Origin: Paraspadella gotoi
Lineage: Eukaryota; Animalia; Chaetognatha
Length of the DNA stretch: 31,925 bases
Direction: 5' to 3'
Assembly (NCBI GenBank): GCA_051294375.1
Contig: CM119268.1
Span: forward strand, 19,979,611 to 20,011,535
Both the position numbers and the translations under genes were made by a program. The stretch's first letter is position 1; the number at the start of each line of letters is the position of its first letter. The notes beneath the pieces were generated by a model that did not search any database, was not told the DNA's origin, and worked only from the letters and a program-made list of their open reading frames with translations. Positions 10,641 to 20,649 of this stretch are shown piece after piece.

Positions 10641-11830
10641 ATGAAATTGGTACAACCAATATAAAAATTATCCATTCATTAATAAATGACGCCTATCTTG
10701 CTCCCTGACTTTGGACAGTAAGGCGTAGTAAAATTTCTAAATTTAACTTTAATTAAAATTCTAAAAGTGAGGAACGAACAACATTATACTAATGAACATT
10801 TATGTAATAAAAAAATTTAAAATAATTTTACAATTTACGCCAGTAGGCCATATTTATACTAGTACTTAACCAATAAATGTTAAAATTTCAAAACAGTTTT
10901 TTCTAAGATTTTTTTGCAGATTTAGATTCCTCATAAAAAGTTTGATAAAAAGAAATATAACTCTTTTTGAAAAATTCCTTCATTAAGTAGGTCAAAAAAT
11001 AGAAAAAGCTATATTTAAGCTGAAAATTTAATTTTTTATATATAAATATAGTTTTTTTAATTTTTAACCCACTTAATGAAAGAATTTTTAAAAATGATTT
11101 ATATTTTCTTTTATCAAGTTTTGACGAGGAATTCAAATCTGCAATCAAAATTAAGAAAAGCCTATTTTGAAATTTTTCGATTTTATAAGGATAGTACTAT
11201 ATATAAATATAGCCTACTGCGAAAATTAAAAAACAAAAAATAATTTTTTTTTACAAATTAATGTTCACTGATGGTGTTGTTCATAATTGACTTTTAGAAT
11301 TTTCGTATGTAACTTTCACTACGCCTTATTGGACAGGCTTTGGTGGTTTAAGGCCTCCATCACTCTTACAAGATAATGACATAGCAGGTCCCTGCAAGCT
11401 TTCAATCAAGACTCTTCACAGACTCGTTTATTCACTCCAGAGTACCTGGCTTCCCTATCAATGAAGTGGAAAATATTTCAAAGAATGTTTCAATTGTATG
11501 AAAAGACCACTCCCTTAAGTATTAGATCGGGAATACTTATTGTACTCCGCACTAGCATCAAAATACAAGGAGCTGAATTTTATGAAATTGGTACAACCAA
11601 TATAAAAATTATCCATTCATTTAATAAATAAGCTATCTTGCCCTGACTTTGGACAGGCTTTGGTGGTTTAAGGCCTCCATCACTCTTACAAGATAATGAC
11701 ATAGCAGGTCCCTGCAAGCTTTCAATCAAGACTCTCTCACAGACTCGTTTATTCACTCCCAGAGTACCTGGCTTCCCTATCAATGAAGATGGAAAATATT
11801 TCAAAGAATGTTTCAATTGTATGAAAAGAA
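10641..11830. repeat. ~320-bp unit in partial tandem, first unit split by the MITE
   Basis: ATGAAATTGGTACAACCAATATAAAAATTATCC... starts at 10641 and 11582. It also occurs at 22715 and 23032, and as a fragment at 19811. Confidence 0.85.
10719..11328. mobile_element. 610-bp hAT-type MITE
   Basis: TIRs TAAGGCGTAGT / ACTACGCCTTA; 8-bp TSD TTGGACAG at 10711-10718 and 11329-11336. Confidence 0.92.
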
Positions 11831-11859
11831 TGTTATAGAGAAAATTATGTTTATTAAAC

Positions 11860-11905
11860 AAACGCTGATGAAGACTAAAATCAAAGAGTCGAAACAGGTC
11901 CCTAT
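11860..11905 (+). ncRNA. Degenerate minimal type I hammerhead ribozyme (Penelope-type)
   Basis: CTGATGA-A-GACT(loop)AGTC-GAAAC-AG-GTC. Stem II is intact, stem III ACAGGT is near-palindromic, and stem I pairs poorly. Confidence 0.5.
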
Positions 11906-12068
11906 GATATGTAAATAAAAATCGTTTTTTGAAATATAAAAAACTGTTCTTCCTAAAACTGTAAATTTTAGATGATGACGAGAAACAATGAAAATAATGA
12001 CAATTAGTATTGAAGATATAGGTTACGTTATGTCAACAGCCGGGTTGTCTGTGATTGGGCATCTCACA

Positions 12069-12149
12069 GTTGGCTTTGGGGGCTTCTGACCCTCCGTAAC
12101 GCGTCCTGTCACTGGCGCGGTTACCCTAGGACGGTCTCGCTTTGCCAAC
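12069..12149 (-). ncRNA. Twister ribozyme in the solo LTR (T1 disrupted)
   Basis: GTTGGC AAA GCGA GA CCG TCCTAGGG TAA CCGC GC...GGG T-CAG-AAGC CCCC AAA GCCAAC. The L4 change CGG>CAG mismatches the middle T1 pair. Confidence 0.7.
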
Positions 12150-12184
12150 GCAGAGGGAAATCGTTTGGACTGTGGAGTGTGGAT

Positions 12185-12794
12185 TAAGGCGTAGTAAAAT
12201 TCCTAAATTTAACTTTAATTAAAATTCTAAAAGTAAGGAACGAACAACATTATACTAATGAACAATTATATAATAAAAGAATTTATAATAAATTTTACAA
12301 TATACGCAGTAGGCCATATTTATACTAGTACTAAACCAATAAATGTTAAAATTTTAAAACAGTTTTTTCTAAGATTTTTTTGCAGATTTGGATTCGTCAT
12401 AAAAAGTTTTTAAAAAGATATTTAACTCTTTTTGAAAAATTCCTTCATTAATTAAGTGGGTCAAAAATTAGAAAAAGCTATATTTTAAGCTGGAAATTAA
12501 CTTTTTATATATTAAATATAGTTTTTTTTAATTTTTAACCCACTTAATATAATAATTTTTAAAAATGATTTATATTTTCTTTTATCAACTTTTGACGAGG
12601 AATTCAAATCTGTAATCAAAATTAAAAAAAGCCTATTTTAAAATTTTTCGATTTTATAAGGATAGTATAAGTATAGCCTACTGCGAAAATTAAAAAAACA
12701 TAAAATAATTTTTTTTACAAATTAATGCTCACTGATGGTATGTTGTTCATAATTAACTTTTAGAATTTTCGTATGTAACTTTCACTACGCCTTA
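12185..12794. mobile_element. 610-bp hAT-type MITE, second copy
   Basis: Same TIRs as 10719-11328; 8-bp TSD GTGTGGAT at 12177-12184 and 12795-12802. Confidence 0.92.
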
Positions 12795-12882
12795 GTGTGG
12801 ATGGAACGCAACGCTTGGGATTGGATGAACGATGGTGGATGTGAGGCGGTGTAATATACCGCCATAACGTTTCATTTCTCAG

Positions 12883-13031
12883 AAAACGAGTTCTCCTCAC
12901 TCCCCTCCGCCACTCAACCTCAAAATCGTCAAGGGCAGCGCCTACTTTGCGTTGACCCGAAACTTCGTCGATTTCATCCTTAATTCTGACGAATCCAAAC
13001 TTTTTTTCGATTGGGTCAAATACGTTTACAG
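12883..13031 (+). CDS. GCNT-like exon
   Basis: CAG|KTSSPHSPPPLNLKIVKGSAYFALTRNFVDFILNSDESKLFFDWVKYVY(S)|GT; GT14 PPP...GSAY..LTR.FV motif. Confidence 0.92.
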
Positions 13032-13081
13032 GTGAAAACGCTTTTTTGTTATACGCTCAACGTTTGCTCTATTTGAATATA

Positions 13082-13129
<48 letters not shown>

Positions 13130-13134
13130 ATCAG

Positions 13135-13202
13135 CCCCGACGAGATATTTTGGGCGACTCTCCAATACAATCCTCACCTTCGAGCTCCGGGCGGCAGCGC
13201 GG
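13135..13202 (+). CDS. GCNT-like exon (catalytic SPDE motif)
   Basis: CAG|(S)PDEIFWATLQYNPHLRAPGGSA|GT. Confidence 0.92.
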
Positions 13203-13749
13203 GTAATTTCGATCGATGTGGGCGAAGGAACTCAACGTATTTCCCTTCGCCTCGCTTTCACGATTTTTTTCTTAAACGGGTTTTCGGTTAATATCTTTTT
13301 CCCACACTTATTGTCGTTATTCCTCACTCGCATTTTCCAGCGACGGTAAAAGTTAACTGGTTAAAAATTAGATGTTTCTTAGAGATCACAAATATAAAAA
13401 AGTTTTAAGATTTAGAGCTTAAAAAGTTTTTAAATTATTTTATAACTGTTTAATAAAGTTTTTTTTTTTTTTTAATTTTCGACCAATCTATTTTCCAAAT
13501 TTGTTAAAGTTTTAATAATAATAAAAATATAAATTATATATTATTTAATATTAAAATTCTTCAGTGTATCAAGCCCAGACAATAAAACTTGTGGTAAATT
13601 CTAGCCCTCTTTGTTCTAATACATAAGTCTGACGCTTCGCTCCCTCCACCCTGTATCCTCTTATCCCGACGTCGTTTTTTACTAACTCCCACCTTTCTCC
13701 CGCCTTCACCTTTACCCTTCTTCCACCCCGCCAACCTCAAACCCCACAG

Positions 13750-13897
13750 ATGGTCCCGGCCCCAAGGACAAATCGAGTTGGCGAATGAAATTTACCAACT
13801 GGCTGACCAAAGCTGAACCTCCTTGCAGAGGAGTCGTGCGACACGCCGTTTGCGTATACGGACTTCAAGATCTCACTTACCTTCAAGGGCTGCAATG
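13750..13897 (+). CDS. GCNT-like exon
   Basis: CAG|(D)GPGPKDKSSWRMKFTNWLTKAEPPCRGVVRHAVCVYGLQDLTYLQGLQ(W)|GTGAGT; C.G..R..C.YG..DL motif. Confidence 0.92.
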
Positions 13898-13978
13898 GTG
13901 AGTTTGGGGGATTGAATTAAAGTTACCGACCTGAATTATCCTATCTCGCTCTTTCTCCTCTTCTTTTTTCCTTGCCAG

Positions 13979-14114
13979 GTTTGCGGCGAACAAGTTCGAC
14001 ATCAACGTGAACCGCATGGCGTTGGAATGTCTGGAGGAGCTGCACCGCAACCGCTCGTTCGCACCGCAGCCCATCGACCTCTCCGCTTATCCATTGGCGT
14101 TGGCGCGGCCCTAA
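13979..14114 (+). CDS. GCNT-like terminal exon
   Basis: CAG|(W)FAANKFDINVNRMALECLEELHRNRSFAPQPIDLSAYPLALARP*; ANKFD...CLEE motif, TAA stop. Confidence 0.92.
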
Positions 14115-14712
14115 ACGAATCTACGAAGTCTTCTATTTGTCCTTACTTTCGTTTCCTCTCTCTTTCTCTCTCATTCCCACCTCTCTCTCCCTCCCTCTTC
14201 CTTCCTTTCCTTCCATTTCTCTCCCTCTCCCCCTCAAATAGAAACTGCGCCACTTTCCAGTCTGTTTGATTTGTTATTATTTCCTTTTTTCTTTCTTTCT
14301 TTTTCTATTTTCTATCTTTGTCTTTCTTTCTTTGTCTTTCTTTGTATCTGTCTTTCTTACTTTCTTTTTTTTATGAATGAAAGCAATTAGTAACTACCAT
14401 GATGGAAAAAAAATTGTCGCGGTTACTTTCCATATTTTTATTAATTGGGGATGAGCATCGTTTCTAAACAACTCATTGTTTTATATCACCATCTCATATT
14501 GGCTATGCCGCATATACAGATAGCCGTGACATAATATGCACATTTAGTGTCATTACTTAATGCATAATTTCATCATAATCCGACAATCCGTTATCGAATA
14601 AAAGCAATCGCAAAAATCGCTCTTTCAACCGATCAACTTTCCTTTAAAATCGAGCTCGTTTTGATCCAACAAAGATTAGTACTATGCGTAGTACTAAGCT
14701 TTAGAACCGGCG

Positions 14713-15024
14713 CACAGTGAGATCCTGGGCCTGAATTTTTCAGAAAAATCCCTTTCAGTTAAAAATAAATTTTTATTATATACGAATTATAAAATAATTT
14801 TTAAAAAATATATTTGAATATTAAAATAATTAAAATATATTTTTTTATAATTTTAAATAAATAAAATAAATTATTTTATAATAAAATATATATTATTATC
14901 AGATTATATAATAATAATAAATAATAATTATAATAATAATAAAAATAATAATTATAATTAAAAAATAAAATTAAAAAATAAAATATTTTTATTTTATTTA
15001 TTATTATTATTTTATTATTATTTA

Positions 15025-15069
<45 letters not shown>

Positions 15070-15399
15070 TAAAATTAAAAAAATTAAAATTTTTAAAATT
15101 TATTATATTTAATATAATTTATATTTTTATTAAAATTAAAATTTATTTTAATCTATATTTTTTAATTATACCATGATAAAAAAACTCGCAGTTTAAAAAA
15201 ATTAGTTAATTTATTTATAAAATATATTTTTTTATACATATATATATATAATATATAGTACTACCTTTCTCAGATTAATAAAAAAAATTATTTTTAAAAC
15301 TATAATTTTATTTATATAAATATTTTTAATATTTATATAATAATATAAAAAAATTTAAAATTTATTTTTCTAGCATTTGGACTCACAAGCAACACTGTG
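14713..15399. mobile_element. Transib-like non-autonomous element
   Basis: Termini CACAGTG...CACTGTG; 5-bp GC-rich flanks CGGCG / CGACG; extremely AT-rich interior. Confidence 0.7.
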
Positions 15400-16694
15400 C
15401 GACGATTTTTGTTTTTAATAAGTTTTTATTGGACTTTTTTAAAATTTTGCATTATATTGAGAAAACGCTTTGAATTAAGCCCGCGCTCTACCTGATTTGA
15501 ATAGTAAAATCAATACAGTTTCTGTCAATTGTGTTCAAAATTGAAAAAAAATGAAGGCTTGACTATGCAGTTTTCACCTAAAAAACCAGTTCATTTGATT
15601 GCTTTATCAAGCAATTAAGATTGCAAGAATTTTAATTTGCTTTTTTTCATCATGTAGAGAAGACATAAGGTTTCGGAAACTGTACTAATATGTATGATTT
15701 GTAATTAGTTAAATCGTTACTTATTTAAAAATCCCTGCCTTTTCTCAGTCTCATGTCGAATGGTTATTGCAGTATCTCCATTAAAATAGATTCAGGGATG
15801 AATCTTAATTCATATATCAAAAAAGAGCGATATTAAAAATATATTGATGCTGTAGATGCTCCAGAATATTTTTTTTATATTATAAAGTATTGATAAAAGT
15901 TATAAGGTTCTGGGTAACCTTTCAGTAAACAAAGTTATCATTTTTATTTACCTCTGGATGTAATATCAGAAGTATCAAACGAGTCCAAAAAAAATAAAGA
16001 TTTTGTTGAAAGGAAAGATAATGCATCATCACATTATGCAGCAACTCAAGCCTAGTTTACTTTATAGGGGATCAAAGATCATTTTTTGCTCAAAATCTGA
16101 TAAAAAATATTATGTCAGAGATATAATATTAATTAATTTTATTTGAGTAAACAAATAAAGATATTTAGACGTGAGATAGTATGATTAAAAGTACAAAAAA
16201 TATTTTGTTTATATTGTTTGGGTAACAGTATCATTAATTAAAATATATTTATAATATTATCTTTATAAAATTAAAAATTTTCAAAATAATTTTTTTACAA
16301 ATTTGTATTAAAGATTCTGATTCTTCATAAAAAGTAAAATCAAAAATATAAAATATGTTATTAGAGAGAGCAAAGAATTTTGAATTTGTTATTAAAAATT
16401 TTAATGTCTTCAGCGTTAAAAATGTATTATATGATAAAACATTTTGGTCATTTTTTATAGTTTTAATCTAAAAATATTATTTAACATATTTTATAAAAGT
16501 TCTTTAGTTTTTTTCAGCGAATCCGAAACTGTTCTTAAAATAAAAAAACAATTTATTTAAAAAAATTTTGATTTTATAAGGATATTACTAAAAAAAAATT
16601 TAATTAATGATATTGTTATACAATTTTTTTTTTTAAAAATGGTGAAGAGACAGTAATTATTATTATGTGTTAGTGATAGAACCGTTCAATATAA

Positions 16695-16768
16695 GCAGTC
16701 CCTGAGCTTCGGATCAGGCTGTAATACCGAGTTATAGGCGGGATAAGCGCCCCCTCCCTCTTAACTGC
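16695..16768 (-). ncRNA. Twister-like ribozyme, family C 3' LTR (degenerate)
   Basis: GCAGT TAA GAGG GA GGG GGCGCT TAT CCC GC CTATAA..TTACAG CCTGA T-CCG-AAGC TCAGG G ACTGC. T2 is intact; T1 has one mismatch. Confidence 0.62.
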
Positions 16769-17121
16769 CAGGCGACCACCAGGCTAAAACCCAAGACCTT
16801 TGGGTTGGGAGGCGAATTATTTGCCTCCGGCACCAATGGCCGCTGATGAACGGTTTGGTGAAAATTTTTAGTCCACCATACCATCCCCTTTCCTGTAGGG
16901 AGAAGTCTGTTGCGTCTCTTCAGTGAATTGTTGTTTGTTGGTGGAAAGTCATCACCAAGTTGAGGCATGTCGCCTGATGTGTTGTGGGCGGAAAGTGCAT
17001 CGCCAGGTTGAGGTATGTCGCCTGAAAGTGTTATTGTTGCTGTTGTGTTCAGAAGTCGGGCTCTACCTATGAAGAGACATAATATTATTATTATGTGTTA
17101 ATGTGGAACCGTTCATATAAC

Positions 17122-17195
17122 GCAGTCCCTGAACTTCGGATCAGGCTGTAACACCGAGTTACAGGCGGGGTAAGCGCCCGTCCCTCTTTAACTGC
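17122..17195 (-). ncRNA. Twister-like ribozyme, family C 5' LTR
   Basis: GCAGT TAAA GAGG GA CGG GCGCT TAC CCC GC CTGTAA..TTACAG CCTGA T-CCG-AAGT TCAGG G ACTGC. T1 is CGG:CCG and T2 is GC:GT. Confidence 0.7.
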
Positions 17196-18499
17196 CGGCG
17201 ACCACCGGGCTAAGACCCCGGACCTTTGGGTTGGGAGGCGAATTAGTTGCCTCCGGCACTAATGGCCGCTGATCGACGGTTGGTGGATTTTAGTCCACCA
17301 TAATGGCTTAATTATTTTTTATTACATATACAAAGGCAGAATAAAAACATTGTTCCATCGCTCAATCTTTTCATCACTCCACCCTAATGAGTAGTCCTTT
17401 TGATCAAAAAGAGGTGAAAACAGTTAGAGACAACCACTTTTGGAAGTAATTATATGCAATAAATAATTTTATGCTGTTGAGAAATGATATTTTTATTTAA
17501 TCTTAAGGAGGTCATATTACCTATTTAATAGCAAAAAAATATAATTGATAACGAAATTAAACTTTTCCAAACCGCGACAATTTTTTTTTCCATCATGGTA
17601 TTAAATTGTTCTTTTGTTTTCATCTTTCCTTATTCTTCAATATCATCTTTTGATTCTTTTATTTTTTTCCTTTTCTCAATTTTTTACTTTATTTTTTTTC
17701 TCGACAAAGATATTTTCGCTCATTTTTAACAGTGATCGTTGTTTCTGTTTTAAACGTTTGTTTTGTTTTTTTTCATTAAAGTTTTGACATGAATTTTATT
17801 TTATTTTTTTTGCGGATCAATTTTGCCTTCAGACTGACGAATAGTGATTACTGATTAGTATTTTTTTTTTAGTTTTCGTCGTCGTCGTCGTCGTTGATTC
17901 GTACTCAGCGGTCTGGTCTCGGCGGAAGAGTGGTCTGTGCAAGACGAGGATGACAATCGAGCAAACACGACTCGCTTTTCAGCGCTCGACCGCTCGACCG
18001 CACCCGGCAATTTCGTGGCCACAGTATTCTTTTTTTTTGGCGGGCCGTTTGCTCTCAATTTTAAATCTCATTTTTTGTTTCATTCACATTAATTAATTGA
18101 TGCTAAATTTAGTATAATTTTTATTTTTCATCGATCATTTTTTATCGTAATCTTTATGGAAATACGCGTCTGTCAGCTATATGCCTCCCATTTTCCAATG
18201 AAAGCAGAATTTCATTAACAACTAAGCCTTTTACCTAAAGTATCATAGTAGAAGTCGAGTGGCATAAAAATCGTGCGTTCCATCCCGTTGTATATTAGCT
18301 TTAATAAATTGAATTTTTAGCCTCCTTTAAATTTACTGTGCCCTCTAGCTTTCGACTGTCTTTGGTGTCCGATTCCACTGTGTGATCGCACGAGGAGGAA
18401 AATTGAAACTGAATTTGCTTCCCGGCTGGCTCCCCCCCTCACAGTTTTCCTCTCCCACGGCTCCTACTCGCATGACCCCTTCCCGGTTGCCACCCACCC

Positions 18500-18936
18500 T
18501 ACCCTCTCCTCTTTCTTCCTTTCTTCTCTTTCTATTCTTTTTTTCTTTTCTCCCTCTCTTTCCTTCTTCCCTTCCTTCTTTCCTCCCTTTCCTTATTACC
18601 TTTCCTTCCTGTCTTTCCTTCCTCCCTGTTACTTTACTTTCTTTTCCTTTTCTTTCTTTTTTTAATCCCTCTCTCTCCTTCTTCCCTTTTCTTTCTTCCT
18701 CCCTTTCCTTCCTCCTTTTTCCTTTCTTTCCTTTTCTTATTCTTCTTCCCTTTACTTTCTTCCTCCCTTTCCTTCCTCCTTTTTCCTTTTCTTCCTCCTC
18801 TTCTTCTCCTTCCTCCCTTACTTCCGTCATCGAATCGGGAAAAATAGAGGAAAGAAAGAAAAAGAAAAAAATAGGAAAAAGCTGTTTTAAAAGCGGGCAA
18901 GCGGAAGCACTGTCGAATCGACTGCTCTCTTTCTCT

Positions 18937-18970
<34 letters not shown>
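18500..18970. repeat. Polypyrimidine/polypurine low-complexity tract
   Basis: CT-rich tract and a (CT)n microsatellite; these explain the low-complexity ORFs. Confidence 0.9.
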
Positions 18971-20557
18971 GGCTCGCCACTTTGCGTCATCGTCATCATC
19001 TCTTCTTCTTTTTACTTTTTTTTTATTGAGTTTTTCATTTTTGCGTGGAACTGAAACACGTACGTTTGCTTTTATGTTTTTACCCTCGAGTTCTTTTCTG
19101 CTCTTTTCTGCTCTTTTCTGATTTTCCTCTTATTCTCGTCGCTCTTAACTTGGAAATGGTTGAAACATTTTTAAAAATATTTTAAGTACAACAGAACTTC
19201 GACATTAAAATGACACATGCGGATAAAAAATATTTCGGAAAAATGCTAAGCTTAAATAAAAACTTTTTTTTTGGAAATAAAGATCGAAAAGTTATTTAGT
19301 TTTTATAATTACAATAATATCATATGAATTATACAAGTTGAATTATACCTAAATGGTATGGTTTTCATTAATTTTCCCCTAGATTAACTCTTATTAACCC
19401 TTATTATTGGTTAAAAAATTTGAGCAAACAATGTCGGATCTTCCCACGATCATTAGCGGTAATTAATTAATAAATTAATTAATTTGATCCGAAATGTTTG
19501 TTTTTAGGTCTTTTCGTCACTGACCACGAAAAAAGCAACAACTACGATGATGGAGGCGACGACAATAATGCCGATAACGATTGGATTGATTAATTGATTA
19601 AATAATTAATTAATTAATAAATAAATTGATTGATTGATTAATTGATTAATTAATTGATTGATTGATTGACTGATTAATTAATTATTGATTAATTAATTGA
19701 CTAATTGAATAATTAACTGATTAATTATTTGCTTAATTAATACATCTTGTATTTATATTTAATATAAAAAGAAGCATAATTAAATCGAATCCATGACTAT
19801 GAACAATTGTATGAAATTGGTACAACCAATATAAAAATTATCCAGTCATTTAATAAATAAGCTATCTATAATAAAAAGCTATAAATAAGCTTAAATAAGC
19901 TATAAATAAGCTATCTATAATGTTAGAAATAGTTCATAAACCACAACAATATCGCCTCGAAATCATTTTTCCATCGCGAGCATCGCAATCGGAACGAAAA
20001 AGAGAGCGAGAAAAGTCAGATCGCCCAATCTGTGTTGCGTTTATGAATTACGAAGCGGATCAAATGAAACTACAGTCATGGCGGATCGGAAGACAATCAG
20101 ATGCCTGGTATCGGGCTTGAGTTACTACAGATACATACCATACATACATACATACCATACATACCATATAGTGAGAGACAGTAAGGTCGCGCCCGTGAAT
20201 CTGAGGTTAAGACTCGTTTATATTTTGGTTTTGAAGAAAAAAAAAGAGAAATAAAAGGTAAATAAGTTTACATTGAAAACGAGGTGACTCTCGTTTTGTG
20301 TCCCCAAAAACACTTATAATATGAAAGTTAATTGGGACTGTTTTTATTAGGGGAAGCCTAAATCAATAAAGTGGTTAAGAAATTTGAATTAAGCACCTGC
20401 TTAAACGAAAATTTAAACATTTTTAAAAAAATTTGAATAGATAAAAAATTTTAATATTACACCATATATAGGACTAAGCTCTGACGAACCTAGCCAGAGG
20501 TTTTTTAATATATTCTTGAAGACATATTGAAGTAATCCTTTTTCGTTGTTACTATTA

Positions 20558-20649
20558 ATTAGAGAATTGACAAAGTTTTTGTTTGCAACGAATTTTATTT
20601 AATTATAAATAAAATTCGTTGCAAACAAAAACTTTGTCAATTCTCTAAT
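20558..20649. repeat. Perfect inverted repeat, 44-bp arms with a 4-nt loop
   Basis: 20558-20601 is the exact reverse complement of 20606-20649. Confidence 0.95.

Larger units (their letters stand above)
12029..12866 (-). mobile_element. Solo LTR of family B, interrupted by a MITE
   Basis: Reverse complement matches both ends of the 7636-7890 LTR. TSD ACGT at 12025-12028 and 12867-12870. Confidence 0.9.
16643..17302 (-). mobile_element. Non-autonomous miniature LTR element (TRIM/retrozyme-like), family C, older copy
   Basis: LTRs at 17070-17302 (5') and 16643-16880 (3'), visibly diverged. TSD ATGG at 16639-16642 and 17303-17306. On the minus strand: PBS-like TAGGTAGAGCCCGAC and PPT AGGAAAGGGGATGG. 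Internal 2x ~40-bp repeat. Confidence 0.88.
14397..17598. mobile_element. TIR DNA transposon remnant flanked by TA (Tc1/mariner-like TSD), host to nested insertions
   Basis: TA|CCATGATGGAAAAAAAATTGTCGCGGTT ... AACCGCGACAATTTTTTTTTCCATCATGG|TA. No intact transposase seen. Confidence 0.75.

Noticed and set aside
16843-16864. Hammerhead-like CTGATGA...GAAA on the plus strand of the family C LTR
   Set aside because: Only a 2-bp stem II, no convincing stems I/III, and it is absent from the partner LTR.
17870-18050. GC-richer island, possible exon of another gene
   Set aside because: No recognisable protein motif or consistent splice partners.
18345-19029. Long K/E/R-rich and F/S/L-rich ORFs
   Set aside because: Translations of a polypyrimidine/polypurine tract.
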